Positions 50,974 through 62,068 of a stretch of 64,000 nt of DNA are shown in pieces. The notes under the pieces were generated by a model. It was not told the origin of the DNA. It did not search any database and saw nothing but the letters and a program-made list of their open reading frames with translations. Position 1 is the first letter of the stretch, and every line of letters starts with the position of its first letter. Position numbers and translations under genes: made by a program. This stretch comes from Candidatus Moraniibacteriota bacterium. Lineage in GTDB: Bacteria; Patescibacteriota; Minisyncoccia; Moranbacterales; GCA-2747515. The stretch is from positions 55,233 to 119,232 of the forward strand of contig JBBQZC010000002.1 in NCBI GenBank assembly GCA_038208115.1, in the 5' to 3' direction.

Positions 50974-51636
50974 TTATTTATTTTGTTTTGTAGTTTTTAT
51001 AAAAAATATGTAATACAGCATTACTATATCATTTAATATTTTTTGGATTAATATTTTTTGTTCTTCGGATATATCATCTTTTGATAAGATACAAAAAATT
51101 TTTACATCCAAGCCTTCCATTGTTGAGCTCACAGCGCTTGAAACAGTATTAGGGTTTATCTTCACTAAATCTTTGTTACTAATCTTTGGTAAATCCATTT
51201 TTTTTCTAGCTTTAAAATATTCAGAAATTGTTCTAATTTTTTTTTCTTCAACTATACGCAAAAAAACAAAATCATAATTATCTAATCCTAATATTCTATC
51301 AGCCATTTCTTCAAGAATACTTTTTAGTTTTGTCTTATTTTCTGGGTATTTATCAACACTAACGAGTAATTTTTTTATCCTTTCTGCAAATATATTCATC
51401 TTCCCTATCTGTTTCCAGGCCGTGTCTATAATTTCATTTTTTGATGCTACTTCTTTTTTGTAAAAAAAATCTAAAATTATTGCAATTATTGTAATAATTA
51501 AAATTATTAAACCTTCCAAAAATTCCTCTTCTAAAAATGAAAACCCATTTTTAATAGCATAAGGAGTTGATACAATACAAAATAATAAAATTAGCATAAA
51601 TAACAAATAAAACCTCTTTAGATATCTTGTTTTCAT
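50974..51636 (-). CDS. hypothetical membrane protein
   Basis: 220-aa ORF; 2 N-terminal TM segments then a soluble helical domain. Confidence 0.4.
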   Translation of the reverse strand: MKTRYLKRFYLLFMLILLFCIVSTPYAIKNGFSFLEEEFLEGLIILIITIIAIILDFFYKKEVASKNEIIDTAWKQIGKMNIFAERIKKLLVSVDKYPENKTKLKSILEEMADRILGLDNYDFVFLRIVEEKKIRTISEYFKARKKMDLPKISNKDLVKINPNTVSSAVSSTMEGLDVKIFCILSKDDISEEQKILIQKILNDIVMLYYIFFIKTTKQNK

Positions 51637-51787
51637 ATTGTTTTATCACATTAAGATTTTCTTCATTGTATCATAATTCTTTTTAATAATTCAAGAAATA
51701 TATTATCCTAAAACTCTGAACGAAAGACAAAATTAGAGACTTATGTCAATAAAATTTCATTTTCACACATAAAAACACATTGCTATA

Positions 51788-53563
51788 TCAACTTTGTCTT
51801 TTTCCGTGCAAAAGCATGTCAACTGCATGTTGCATGGACCCTGCCGACGTGATTTCACCTGCATTCACAAAGAATATTTTATTGGCGTTTTCGATTGTAT
51901 TGAGTCGGTGTGCAATAATAACTCTTGTTGTTTCTTTCGGCAATTTATTAATGATTTCTTCCAGTAACTGCTCCGTGACTGTGTCAATATTTGCTGTCGC
52001 TTCATCTAAAATCAAAATATCGGGTTTACGCAAAACTGCCCGAATAAAAGCAATCAATTGTTTTTGACCGAGACTGATTGCATCTCCACTTGAAACGACA
52101 TTAGTATCAATGCCTTCAGAAAATAGCAAAAGCAATTTCGATAGTTGCGCTTTTTCTAATACATGCTCCAACTCAATATTTGTGTATTCCTGACATTCCT
52201 CATTGCCATATAGTATATTTTCACGAACCGTGCCATTAAATAAGAATGGTTCCTGCGATATAAATCCAATCTTTTTTACGCGTTGATCAGACTCCCAGCA
52301 ACGAATATCTTTGCCCTCCAGATAAATCGTTCCCTCAGCCGGATCATAAAGACGCGCCATCAGAGATGCTGTCGTTGTTTTCCCACCACCCGTCGGTCCG
52401 ACCAAAGCATATGTCTTCCCTTTTTCAAGTGTAAAACTAATATTTTTCAAAATATCTTTTCCTTTTTCATAACTGAAAAATACATTTTTAAATTCCAGGA
52501 CGGCATTATTTGAAGAAGGCTTTTCCGCCATTTCTTTTGGCATCATTCTAACATCTGATTCAAGATTCAATACCTCCGAAATGCGGTCAAGTCCAGCCAG
52601 CGCCAGCTGGAGCGACGGCCACACAGATGCAAGTTGTCTGAGTGGATGATAGAAATTGTTAACATAAAGCAAAAATCCAATAAGTAGTCCAACGGTAAAT
52701 TGACCCAGGGATATCAAATAGATACCGTAAGCCAAAACTGCTAACTGAGCCAATAATGAGGCCAGTACGTAAATGGGATTAAATATATTACTAGCAATGC
52801 CAGCGGAAATTGAGGCGGAATAATTCATTTCATTCGCTTCTTTAAATTTATTTCGAAAATAATCTAGACGATTAAAAACCACAATCACCTTGAAATTATT
52901 GATGCTTTCCTGAATTTCTCCGCTCATACCTCCTAACGCCCGGAGACTCTTAAGACTAGTACGCCTTACCCACGGACTGAGTAATTGTGTTGCAACTAAA
53001 GCTAAAGCTGCCGGCACAAGTGCAATAAGACCAAGACGTGGATTAATAACAATAATAAAAATCCCCGTGCCAACGATAAGTATAATGTTGCCTAAAAATT
53101 GCATCAATGCCTGTGAGAAAAACTGATTAAGCTTGTCAGTATCATTGTTTATGCGAGAGATGAGATCGCCAGCTTTATTTTGATTAAAAAAAGTCACTGG
53201 TAATTCCTGCAGTTTTTCAAATATTTTATTACGTAAACTAAAAAGCAAACGCCTGCCAACGCCTCCCATAGTTATAATCTGTATATAGCTTGAAATGAGT
53301 CCGACAATAAAAATAAATGCCAAAAGTCCCGAAAGAAGTAAAACTCCGTGAAAATTTTTTCCGACGATATATACATCAACGATTTGTGCGATAATAATCG
53401 GTCCAACAAGCGAAACAGCAGAACTTACCAATATCGCTATTATTGCAATTGTTACCGGACGTTTTTCCTCCGCCATCAAAGGCACAATCCGACGCCATGC
53501 TGTGATCAATACACCTTTTTGCTTTTCTTTTTCTATGTCGGGTTTAGTCAGAGAGTAATCCAT
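51788..53563 (-). CDS. ABC exporter, fused permease/ATP-binding protein (heterodimer partner A)
   Basis: 591 aa; 6-TM domain then Walker A GPTGGGKTT, signature LSGGQKQ-like ISLGQKQ, Walker B ILILDEATANID. Confidence 0.9.
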   Translation of the reverse strand: MDYSLTKPDIEKEKQKGVLITAWRRIVPLMAEEKRPVTIAIIAILVSSAVSLVGPIIIAQIVDVYIVGKNFHGVLLLSGLLAFIFIVGLISSYIQIITMGGVGRRLLFSLRNKIFEKLQELPVTFFNQNKAGDLISRINNDTDKLNQFFSQALMQFLGNIILIVGTGIFIIVINPRLGLIALVPAALALVATQLLSPWVRRTSLKSLRALGGMSGEIQESINNFKVIVVFNRLDYFRNKFKEANEMNYSASISAGIASNIFNPIYVLASLLAQLAVLAYGIYLISLGQFTVGLLIGFLLYVNNFYHPLRQLASVWPSLQLALAGLDRISEVLNLESDVRMMPKEMAEKPSSNNAVLEFKNVFFSYEKGKDILKNISFTLEKGKTYALVGPTGGGKTTTASLMARLYDPAEGTIYLEGKDIRCWESDQRVKKIGFISQEPFLFNGTVRENILYGNEECQEYTNIELEHVLEKAQLSKLLLLFSEGIDTNVVSSGDAISLGQKQLIAFIRAVLRKPDILILDEATANIDTVTEQLLEEIINKLPKETTRVIIAHRLNTIENANKIFFVNAGEITSAGSMQHAVDMLLHGKRQS

Positions 53564-53566
53564 ATA

Positions 53567-55333
53567 TTATTTTTCACTACTTAATTCATACTGGTTAGTA
53601 CTTCTTTGTGACTGATATATCTGGACATATTCAGGTGAAGACTGCAATAATTGCTCATGAGTACCTTTGGCCAACAATTCACCTTCCATCAAAAGAATAA
53701 TCTGGTCATAATGTTCAACGGAGGAAATTTTCTGTGTAACTGACAAAAGAGTAAGTTTAGCATAATTTTCGGAGATATTGTTCAGAATTTTTCTTTCCGT
53801 GTTAGCGTCGACGCGCGCAGTAAAATCGTCCAACAGTAATATCTTGGGATTCAGCGCCAGCGCACGTGCTAACATAATACGCTGTTTTTGTCCGCCCGAA
53901 AGACTTGATCCTCTTTCTGACACTATAGTATCCAATTTTTGTGATAAGGTATCAATATAATCTGCAAGTTCAGCTGTCGTTATCGCTTTTTTCACATTCT
54001 CATCTTTAGTTGTATTGCTGAAGGCGATATTTTCTCGCAAACTCAAATTAAATATGACACTATCCTGAAAAATAAGCCCAACTTGGCTATGCAAATTCTC
54101 TTTATCGTATTCATTAATGGCTTTATCATCAAAATAAATTTCACCTGATGTAGGTGACAAAAGCCCCGCAAGCAAATACAATAATTGCGTTTTGCCAGCA
54201 GCTGTCGGCCCAATGATTGCTGTTTTACTCCCAGCTTTTATTGAAAAAGAAACATCCTTGAGTGCCAATTTTCCTCCAAAATTCACTGTTACATTCCTCA
54301 CTTCAATATTTCCTTTCAAAGTCGCTTTAAATCCTCCCGTTTTCTTTTCAATGGGAGCATTCAGAACCTGTAAAATACGACCATAGGAAGCTTGTGCTTG
54401 AGCGATTAAATTACTAATAAATCCGAGAATGATGATCGGAAATATAAGAATGGCCAGATAACTATTAAAGGCGGTGAAATTACCCAGCGACATAGACCCT
54501 TGAATGACAAAATGTCCCCCAAGCATTACTATGGCAAGTGTCGCCAAATTAGTAAAAAAGAAAATGACTGGTATAAGAGTAGAGAACAATTTTAATATTT
54601 CAAAGCTAATATTTTTTGCCTCAGTATTCGCAAAGAAGAATTTTTTACCTTCATATTTCTGTGAATTCAGCAAGCGAATAAGAGCTGCGCCCAAAATATT
54701 TTCACTTATAACCCTGTTGAGCCAATCTATCGCTTCTTGAGATCGCATGAAGAGTTTGCGAACTTTTTTCAGAACAACAAAGAAAGCACCGCCAATAATT
54801 GGCATAACCGAAAGCACCGCCAGCGCCAATTTCCAATCAGTAAGTAAAAGAAGAACTGAAACACCTACAATCAAAAAGGCGGACGAAATAATAGATGAAA
54901 TAGCCGTTGATACAAATGTTTTTATTGCATCCACATCTGAAGTTAAATTAGTTAAAATCTTAGCTGGTGTGACAGTTTCGATATAAGAATACGGCTGCAC
55001 TGATATTTTTGCCACAATATCATTTCTCATGTCCTTGGCAACTTTTTCGGAAGCATATACCTGCACGATATTTTGCAGATAAGTGAAGACGAAAATAAGT
55101 AATGCAATAATACAAAATTCAACGACAAGATGCATAATGATAAAATTGCCATTTGTGTACGTATCAATAGCGACCGCGATAATTTTTGGGACAGAAATGC
55201 TCAATCCATTAGCAATAATGGTAAGAACCACAAGAACAACGATTATTCCTATATATCTGCGCATTAAACCAAATAAACTTGGCACCGATACATTTGCATT
55301 ATTTTGATCCGTAATTTTCTTTTGTTCTTGCAT
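53567..55333 (-). CDS. ABC exporter, fused permease/ATP-binding protein (heterodimer partner B)
   Basis: 588 aa; GPTAAGKTQ Walker A, LSGGQKQR signature, LLLDDFTARVD degenerate Walker B region; 3 bp from the partner gene. Confidence 0.9.
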   Translation of the reverse strand: MQEQKKITDQNNANVSVPSLFGLMRRYIGIIVVLVVLTIIANGLSISVPKIIAVAIDTYTNGNFIIMHLVVEFCIIALLIFVFTYLQNIVQVYASEKVAKDMRNDIVAKISVQPYSYIETVTPAKILTNLTSDVDAIKTFVSTAISSIISSAFLIVGVSVLLLLTDWKLALAVLSVMPIIGGAFFVVLKKVRKLFMRSQEAIDWLNRVISENILGAALIRLLNSQKYEGKKFFFANTEAKNISFEILKLFSTLIPVIFFFTNLATLAIVMLGGHFVIQGSMSLGNFTAFNSYLAILIFPIIILGFISNLIAQAQASYGRILQVLNAPIEKKTGGFKATLKGNIEVRNVTVNFGGKLALKDVSFSIKAGSKTAIIGPTAAGKTQLLYLLAGLLSPTSGEIYFDDKAINEYDKENLHSQVGLIFQDSVIFNLSLRENIAFSNTTKDENVKKAITTAELADYIDTLSQKLDTIVSERGSSLSGGQKQRIMLARALALNPKILLLDDFTARVDANTERKILNNISENYAKLTLLSVTQKISSVEHYDQIILLMEGELLAKGTHEQLLQSSPEYVQIYQSQRSTNQYELSSEK

Positions 55334-55345
55334 AAAAAATTTTTA

Positions 55346-55786
55346 TTATTTCTTAGCAGTTTGACTCCCTGCTATTTTATCAAGCAAATTACAATAGACT
55401 GTAAATTCATCATCTGTTAATATATCAAAAACTTGCTCCATGCGCTGAATGCGTTTGTTGCGGAGATTCTCCATACGCTTTTTACTTCTACTTGAAAGTG
55501 AAAGATTGAGTGCCCGCCTGTCATTACTGTTCGCTTTTTTGTTTATATATCCTTTCTGAACAAGGGGTTCAACGAGTTGGGTTGCCGCGCTGGAAGTTAT
55601 GCTGAGAGTTTGTGATATTCCTTTGATAGTCGCACCTTCGTTTTTCCGTAAATGCTGCAAAACAAGCCATTGAGAAGCAGTAATCTGGCCACCTTTCAGA
55701 TGACAAGTATCATTTGAAAGCATTTTGCATTTCAATATCTGAATATCTTCAAGCAATTTTTCTATCTGTATTTTGCGTTGCATCAT
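55346..55786 (-). CDS. MarR-family transcriptional regulator
   Basis: 146 aa; ITASQWLVLQHLRKNEGATIKGISQTLSITSSAATQLVEPLVQKGYINKKANSNDRRA; 12 bp upstream of the ABC pair. Confidence 0.75.
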   Translation of the reverse strand: MMQRKIQIEKLLEDIQILKCKMLSNDTCHLKGGQITASQWLVLQHLRKNEGATIKGISQTLSITSSAATQLVEPLVQKGYINKKANSNDRRALNLSLSSRSKKRMENLRNKRIQRMEQVFDILTDDEFTVYCNLLDKIAGSQTAKK

Positions 55787-56314
55787 AAGGTGTTTAATTT
55801 TATGTAAGTATCTTAACTAATTATAGTACGTTTGTCAACCAAAAAAATGAATACAAATCAATGTAGTATAACAAAAATAAGATTGCTTAAGTCTTATTTT
55901 TGTGGTATGAAAAATTTGAAAAAATCTATGTACAGCAACCCCACATGGAGAGCAAATCTCCCCCAGCACAAGCCACAGTGCGAAAGCATAATGCGGTTTT
56001 AGTTCTTTAAAAATAGAAGAAAATCCGATATGTTGAAAATAGAATATTTTTATTAAAACGATCGAAATTACTAACCTAGACAATTCCCATAGCACACAAT
56101 CCGATTCCAAAGATTTAAAAAATTTGTGCGTCAGTCATTTTATGTTCTTTAATTGAGCATAAAATCAATCCCTCTTCATTATTTCAGTACAGCACGACAA
56201 TTAACAGTCAAAAAAACAGAGAAAGCAAATAACCATTTTTATTTAATATCGACAAAGGTATTTCTTTTTATGATTTAACACTTAATCCCACAAAAGGACG
56301 CTATCAGAATCTGC

Positions 56315-56797
56315 TTACTCTCTACTATGTATATTTTTTAAATATACATATTCGTGCAAAGTAAGAATAATAACAACCACATCCATAATTGTTAAAAATA
56401 TTAAGAAAATTGAACCAGTAATACTATACTTATATACTTGATAAAAGATAAAAAAACCGAAGATTATCATAGCTAATGGATATGCCCAAAGTTTCTTTTT
56501 TAAAAGATTGAAAACTAAAAAGAGCTTAATAATACCGTGACTAAGAAGATAAAAAGCTGCAAAATGTTGCGTGTTTATATTTAATTGTTCGACCAAAGAA
56601 TAGAGGTGCGTTGCAATAAAATCATTTGGGTCTTCAATTATTTCATTTTGTATTAAATAATATATTGTTTTAGTGATAAATTGCTGGGAAACAAAAAGAA
56701 GGATGAGACCACCTATAATTTCTATTATTGAATTTATTCCCTTTAAAATAATACTTATTTCAAATGCCAAATAGATTTTTTTTTCTTCAATTTTCAT
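56315..56797 (-). CDS. hypothetical membrane protein (DUF2127-like)
   Basis: 160-aa ORF with 4 TM. Confidence 0.4.
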   Translation of the reverse strand: MKIEEKKIYLAFEISIILKGINSIIEIIGGLILLFVSQQFITKTIYYLIQNEIIEDPNDFIATHLYSLVEQLNINTQHFAAFYLLSHGIIKLFLVFNLLKKKLWAYPLAMIIFGFFIFYQVYKYSITGSIFLIFLTIMDVVVIILTLHEYVYLKNIHSRE

Positions 56798-57352
56798 AAA
56801 CTAATTTCTTTACTTTAATTATACAATAAAAAACAGTGACATCCTACTCAATGTATAATAAATAGAGCTTACAAAAACTCCTAAATTCCTTGCTTTACAT
56901 CTTAAATGATATTCACATTCTTATAATTAAGGAGGGAAAAATAATCAATAATCCTCTCTTAAAATTTAATCTGTAGGACAGACTTCTGATGCTCAAATTT
57001 TTTGATTTCTTCTGAAAAAAACTTTGGCATACAAACCATTCCCGATTACGTCTCGCCTTTTTTCACATCAATCTTTTGATATGAATTTGCCACAACTTTT
57101 TTATTCCTCCCCCACCATAGCATAGCTGAATTTAGAAGATATATTATTAGATTCTTGCAAGACACGCCCGTTATTTTTTGAAAGTTCTGAAGTAAATGAA
57201 AAATGATAGATCATAAACTTTTTAGCTCAGAACTGCCGCCTGTCTGGTAAAAGTCTATTTTTTGACTTGTGTTATCCCGTTCAATGTAATTGTAGAAACT
57301 ATTCATCAACCTTTAGGACTCCGCTAGATAGACGACGTTAGAATCTGTTTGA

Positions 57353-57976
57353 CTATTTAATAGCTTTGCAACTAGGCCCATAGATATCAGAAATACAATT
57401 ATATATGTTTTTACTATCTTTTACTTGATTATCATCGATGACTTCAATTGAGTTAATATCTATATTAGCCACTATAATGTCTTCGTAATATAAGTTATTT
57501 TTATCTTTGGTAAATTTTCCATTCAATTTTTCAAAGGTGTTAGAGTCTGCATTTTTAATTATTTTATCGCCTCCTTTTTGATATGCATAATAAATATAAT
57601 TTTTATCTTTTAAAAATCCATCTCCTAGATCTATCAAAGAAAGCGTGTCTGCTGGGTGTTTTTTATAAAGACAATCTTGTCCACAGAAAGGTTTATAATA
57701 GACACCGTTTTTATCTTTTATAAAACAGGAATTAAGAACTTCAAATGTTTTAGGGTCAAGTTTGATTAAATCTTCTTCTGGCAAACAATCATTACTTTGA
57801 TACACCCCGTTGTTATCTTTTGAAAATTCTTCATTTATTACAATTCTATCTTCTTTAATATTCGCTTGTTCTGTCGGCGGAATATTTTTATTACTTAACA
57901 AAAAAAATAATCCAATTATTATTGCAATAATTAAAACTGTTCCTATTCCAACGATACTTTGTATTTTTTTATTCAT
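57353..57976 (-). CDS. DKNYY-repeat membrane-anchored protein
   Basis: 207 aa; N-terminal TM; repeats DPKTFEVLNSCFIKDKNGVYY / DSNTFEKLNGKFTKDKNNLYY / DKNYIYYAY. Confidence 0.6.
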   Translation of the reverse strand: MNKKIQSIVGIGTVLIIAIIIGLFFLLSNKNIPPTEQANIKEDRIVINEEFSKDNNGVYQSNDCLPEEDLIKLDPKTFEVLNSCFIKDKNGVYYKPFCGQDCLYKKHPADTLSLIDLGDGFLKDKNYIYYAYQKGGDKIIKNADSNTFEKLNGKFTKDKNNLYYEDIIVANIDINSIEVIDDNQVKDSKNIYNCISDIYGPSCKAIK

Positions 57977-58007
57977 TTTTATTTCTATTAATATCTTATA
58001 TTAAATT

Positions 58008-58559
58008 CTACCATACTCTCTCAAAAATTTTGTACTGTTGCATAGTCAAGGTTACTTTTTGAGGAATTACTGTATTAATATTACTTAATGATAAAAACAA
58101 TGTAGATGCAATCTTTTGAGCTGGCATCATTCTATTCATACCATACCCACCATGTCTTCTGTGTGTATTGTAATAGTGGAGCCATTGCTGATATTTGTAT
58201 TCGATTGTTTCTATGGGATCATGAAATGAGATATATCTGTGAAAGAATTCTTTTTTCATGGTTCTATGATATCTTTCTATTTTACCATTTTGTTGTGGAC
58301 AATAGGGATCATTGCTTGCGAGTTTTCTTTGTCTGCCGAACGGATAACATGCATCCATTTGCAATTCTCTGCCTGGTGTATCAAGGCAATAGAGCTTTGG
58401 TTTTTCTTTTACCCACCTCTTGTATTCATGTGTGTATCTGATCTTTTCTCTTTTTAATATTCTGTATATGGTTGATGCATGAATTGTGATGTTGTATATG
58501 TCGTACAGCTTATCTGCCAACGGTTGTGGACCGTCATAAGGTAACCCTAATTGCTGCAA
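58008..58559 (-). pseudogene. IS transposase remnant (rve/DDE integrase core, C-terminal part only)
   Basis: 183 codons from a TTG, bounded upstream by TGA; PGRELQMD...QQNGKIERYHRTMKKEF...HYYNTHRRHGGYG are rve-domain hallmarks; HTH and N-terminal catalytic region missing. Confidence 0.6.
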
Positions 58560-58812
58560 TTGTAACAGGCGATGTCAAGGATAAGAAACAAAAAAAGGCT
58601 TCCAAAAGCCCTAGATTTGCACTTACTCTCTCTAGTTGGTATGTTCATAACTTTTGATCTGAAAAAATATTTATGAAAATCGAGGACCGTCCTTGATTGT
58701 TAGTTCTATAGCCCAGCTTCCTTGTACATACTGATGCATACCACACCTCCCACAATGTGTTTAAGTGAACAGAACAAATATAAATTATACAATAGAGAGC
58801 ACAGATGTCAAT
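58008..58812 (-). mobile_element. degenerate insertion-sequence remnant (promoter plus short 5' ORF plus truncated transposase)
   Basis: Minus-strand TTGACA-16-TATAAT (58806-58811 / 58784-58789), GGGAGGTG SD, ATG opening only a 22-codon ORF (MHQYVQGSWAIELTIKDGPRFS*), then frameshifted rve fragment; no clear terminal inverted repeats. Confidence 0.45.
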
Positions 58813-60033
58813 CTATTCGTATCGCAATGCGTGAATTGGATTAAGTTTTGCTGCACGTTGTGCAGGATAATACCCAAAAACGATACCAATAACGGCAGAA
58901 ACACTAAATGAGAGTATAATCGAGAAATGAGACACTTGCGTTGATGTGATGCCAAAATGATCCAATCCGTACGAAATCGTAACGCCAAGAAAAATACCAA
59001 TCATACCACCGAGAAATGTGAGCACAATGGATTCAAGAAGAAATTGCTGCTTAATATCTTTTTGACCCGCGCCAATCGCCTTACGCAACCCAATCTCACG
59101 CGTACGCTCTGTGACGGTTGTCAACATCATATTCATGATTCCAATGCCCCCAACCACAAGCGAGATGCCCGCAACAGCACCCAACAGTATGGTCATCGTA
59201 CCTGTCACCGATGACGTCATCGCAATAATGTCTGCTTGATTGCGAATATTAAAATCCGCATCATCTGCATTGGCAATCTTATGTTGTGTAAGCAGTAACG
59301 CCGTGATTTCATCTTCTGCTATTGTCATCTGATCTTGTTCGGCAATATTTACACTAATCGACGAAAGATATGCATCACCAGCAAAATATTGTTGATATGT
59401 GGACAACGGCATATATACTGCATCATCACTGCTTCCAAAACCACTACCGCCCTTTGCATCTGGCACACCAATAATTGTAAAGTTCAATCCGCCAATGCGA
59501 ATTTTTTGTCCCACAACATTAACATCCGCACCAAAGATCTCATCGCGCATGTCCGGACCAATGACAACAACCTTTGCACGTTTTTTTTCATGTACATCAC
59601 TGATGAATGCACCTGATGCAACCGTAATATTATTCACCTGGGCATACGCCTCCGTCACACCACTAATCGATGCATTGGCATTATTTCCATTGGCAATAAT
59701 CTGCTCATTACCAGACACAGTCGGCGCAACCGCTGCAACACGATCGATTTTTTCCGTAATCGCCGTTGCATCATCCAGTGTCAATGATTGCGTAGTACCA
59801 CTGCTGCGTGCACCACCACCAAAACTTCGCTGTTGTCCAGGCTGTATCGTGAGCAGATTTGAACCGACTGACTGAATACTTGCCTCGATTGCTTTTTGTG
59901 ATCCCGTACCAATTGCAATCATCACAATCACAGATGCAATCCCGATCACAATACCCAAAATCGTCAATCCCGTACGCACTTTATTCGCCGTAATTGATAT
60001 GTAAATTTCTGTAAAAAGATCTGATACTAACAT
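58813..60033 (-). CDS. ABC transporter permease, MacB/FtsX family
   Basis: 406 aa; N-terminal TM, MacB periplasmic domain, C-terminal FtsX 3-TM bundle. Confidence 0.85.
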   Translation of the reverse strand: MLVSDLFTEIYISITANKVRTGLTILGIVIGIASVIVMIAIGTGSQKAIEASIQSVGSNLLTIQPGQQRSFGGGARSSGTTQSLTLDDATAITEKIDRVAAVAPTVSGNEQIIANGNNANASISGVTEAYAQVNNITVASGAFISDVHEKKRAKVVVIGPDMRDEIFGADVNVVGQKIRIGGLNFTIIGVPDAKGGSGFGSSDDAVYMPLSTYQQYFAGDAYLSSISVNIAEQDQMTIAEDEITALLLTQHKIANADDADFNIRNQADIIAMTSSVTGTMTILLGAVAGISLVVGGIGIMNMMLTTVTERTREIGLRKAIGAGQKDIKQQFLLESIVLTFLGGMIGIFLGVTISYGLDHFGITSTQVSHFSIILSFSVSAVIGIVFGYYPAQRAAKLNPIHALRYE

Positions 60034-60038
60034 AATGA

Positions 60039-60761
60039 TTATGCAATTTTATTATCAACACGAATTACAGATGTTATTGCTTTATTTTGACGATCCTCAA
60101 CCATCTCACCATCCCGAATCACGATTGTGCGATCCGCAAATGCCGCAACATCATCCTCATGCGTGATCAAAATGATGGTACGTCCCTGCTCACGATTTAA
60201 CCGTTTAAATGTTTCCAAAACAAAATGACCTGTTTTTGTGTCCAAATTTCCCGTTGGTTCATCAGCCAAGATGATTGACGGATCATTAACAAATGCACGA
60301 GCAATTGCAACACGTTGCATTTGTCCGCCCGAGATCTCATTAGAATAATGTTCCCACCGATCTTCGGCGAGATGCACTGCACGCAACGCATTTTGTGCAC
60401 GCACAAGACGTTCTTTCGGTGGCACATCCGCATAGATCAGTGGCAACATCACATTGCGCAATACTGTTGCACGTGGCAAAAGATTAAATGCCTGAAAAAC
60501 AAAACCAATTTTATTTTTTCTAATCTGTGTCAATTCTTCTTCTGACAACTGTGAAACATCCTGCCCACCAAGTGTGTATGTGCCCTCTGTCGGCGAGTCC
60601 AATGCTCCGAGAATATGCATAAGCGTTGACTTACCGCTGCCAGACGGTCCCATGATTGCCACAAATTCTCCATCCTCAATGGTAAATGACACACCATTTA
60701 ACGCCGTTGTTTTGGTATTACCTGTGCCATACGTTTTTGTGATATTTTTACATATAATCAT
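60039..60761 (-). CDS. ABC transporter ATP-binding protein (MacB/LolD-type)
   Basis: 240 aa; [10 protein letters not shown] Walker [15 protein letters not shown] signature, [11 protein letters not shown] Walker B. Confidence 0.9.
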   Translation of the reverse strand: MIICKNITKTYGTGNTKTTALNGVSFTIEDGEFVAIMGPSGSGKSTLMHILGALDSPTEGTYTLGGQDVSQLSEEELTQIRKNKIGFVFQAFNLLPRATVLRNVMLPLIYADVPPKERLVRAQNALRAVHLAEDRWEHYSNEISGGQMQRVAIARAFVNDPSIILADEPTGNLDTKTGHFVLETFKRLNREQGRTIILITHEDDVAAFADRTIVIRDGEMVEDRQNKAITSVIRVDNKIA

Positions 60762-60783
60762 AAAGATAGCATTGTCTCATTTA

Positions 60784-61905
60784 TTAATTTCTTCGTCCAC
60801 TACTCGGTCCACTCATCGGCATAATCGATCCTGCACTAGATGATTTTTTTGCAGTGCCCTGCGCAGATGGAGTTGTGCTCCCGACGACGACCTCTTGACC
60901 TTCACTCACACCACTTATAACTTCGATAATTACATCATCACTCAATCCCGTCTCGACTGATACGCGCTTTGTTTCTCCTGTAGATTCTTTGATCATTACA
61001 AAAGATACCTTATCGCGGCCACTCTTAATCGCTTCTGCCGGCACTGTTACAACATCTTTGACTTCATTGATCACAATTTCAGCTGACACGCTCATGCCCG
61101 GCTTCAATAACTCACTCGGTGAATCAAATGCAATCTCCACATCATATGTCACAACACCCTGATCTACAACACCGATTGTATCTACTTTTGACACAACACC
61201 AGTTGCTTCCACGCCATCAAGTGCGTCAAATGTCAGCGATACAACATTACCATTTTTTACTTGTGCGGCATCCACCTCATTGAGCGCAATGACCGCATGT
61301 ACTTTTTGTGTGATCACGGATGCCAAGATCTCATCACGCGCAATCGAATCACCTGTACTCACATCCAATCCAGTCACAATACCATCAAATGGTGCACGAA
61401 TATAATAGTCTTCCAAATCACTGTATGCATTACTCAATGACAATTGATCTTGTGCCAAAGAAACTTCTTTGAGTTGACGCATATATTTATCATCTTCTGT
61501 CTGTTTGTCATATTCTTTTTGTGTTTGTTTCAATTGAATTTCTGACGAACGAACAAGAAGAACTGATTTTTGAATATCCTTTTGAATGTCCGTTGCGTCA
61601 AGTACAGCAATCAAGTCACCCTTTGACACTTGTTGATCGTTTGTCACGGTAACTTCCACAACATCCAATCCATCACCCGCCACTTGTGGTTGCAGATCAA
61701 CCTGATCATCCGCATACACTTGACCAGTACCACTCACTGTTACCGAAATATCTCCACGCTCAGCCATTGCTGTCGTCTGCACAACTTGCATATTTGCATC
61801 GGTATTATTCTTGTTTATATAATAAATTGCCCCACTGGCACAACATATAATAATAATAATGATCCACCACTTATATTTTTTGATTCTGCTCATTATCTGA
61901 CTCAT
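60784..61905 (-). CDS. efflux periplasmic adaptor subunit (MacA/HlyD family)
   Basis: 373 aa; TM anchor, long coiled-coil hairpin, beta-barrel; upstream of the ATPase and permease in one operon. Confidence 0.8.
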   Translation of the reverse strand: MSQIMSRIKKYKWWIIIIIICCASGAIYYINKNNTDANMQVVQTTAMAERGDISVTVSGTGQVYADDQVDLQPQVAGDGLDVVEVTVTNDQQVSKGDLIAVLDATDIQKDIQKSVLLVRSSEIQLKQTQKEYDKQTEDDKYMRQLKEVSLAQDQLSLSNAYSDLEDYYIRAPFDGIVTGLDVSTGDSIARDEILASVITQKVHAVIALNEVDAAQVKNGNVVSLTFDALDGVEATGVVSKVDTIGVVDQGVVTYDVEIAFDSPSELLKPGMSVSAEIVINEVKDVVTVPAEAIKSGRDKVSFVMIKESTGETKRVSVETGLSDDVIIEVISGVSEGQEVVVGSTTPSAQGTAKKSSSAGSIMPMSGPSSGRRN

Positions 61906-62068
61906 TAGTTCTCATATAAAAAATTAACCATTATATACTTCTCTGTATGTTATTATAATACGTATAAACCATAAATAGTTTGCACAAAACAGATCCTCGA
62001 CATTTTTTGCCGAGGATCTGTGCCATTTCATTCAGATATCAATACAATAATATATACAGTGACCAATC

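Noticed and set aside
55835-56110. 91-aa ORF in the 530-bp gap between the MarR gene and the DUF2127-like gene
   Set aside because: No RBS and an implausible composition. The region may instead be regulatory or hold a small RNA, and is left unannotated.
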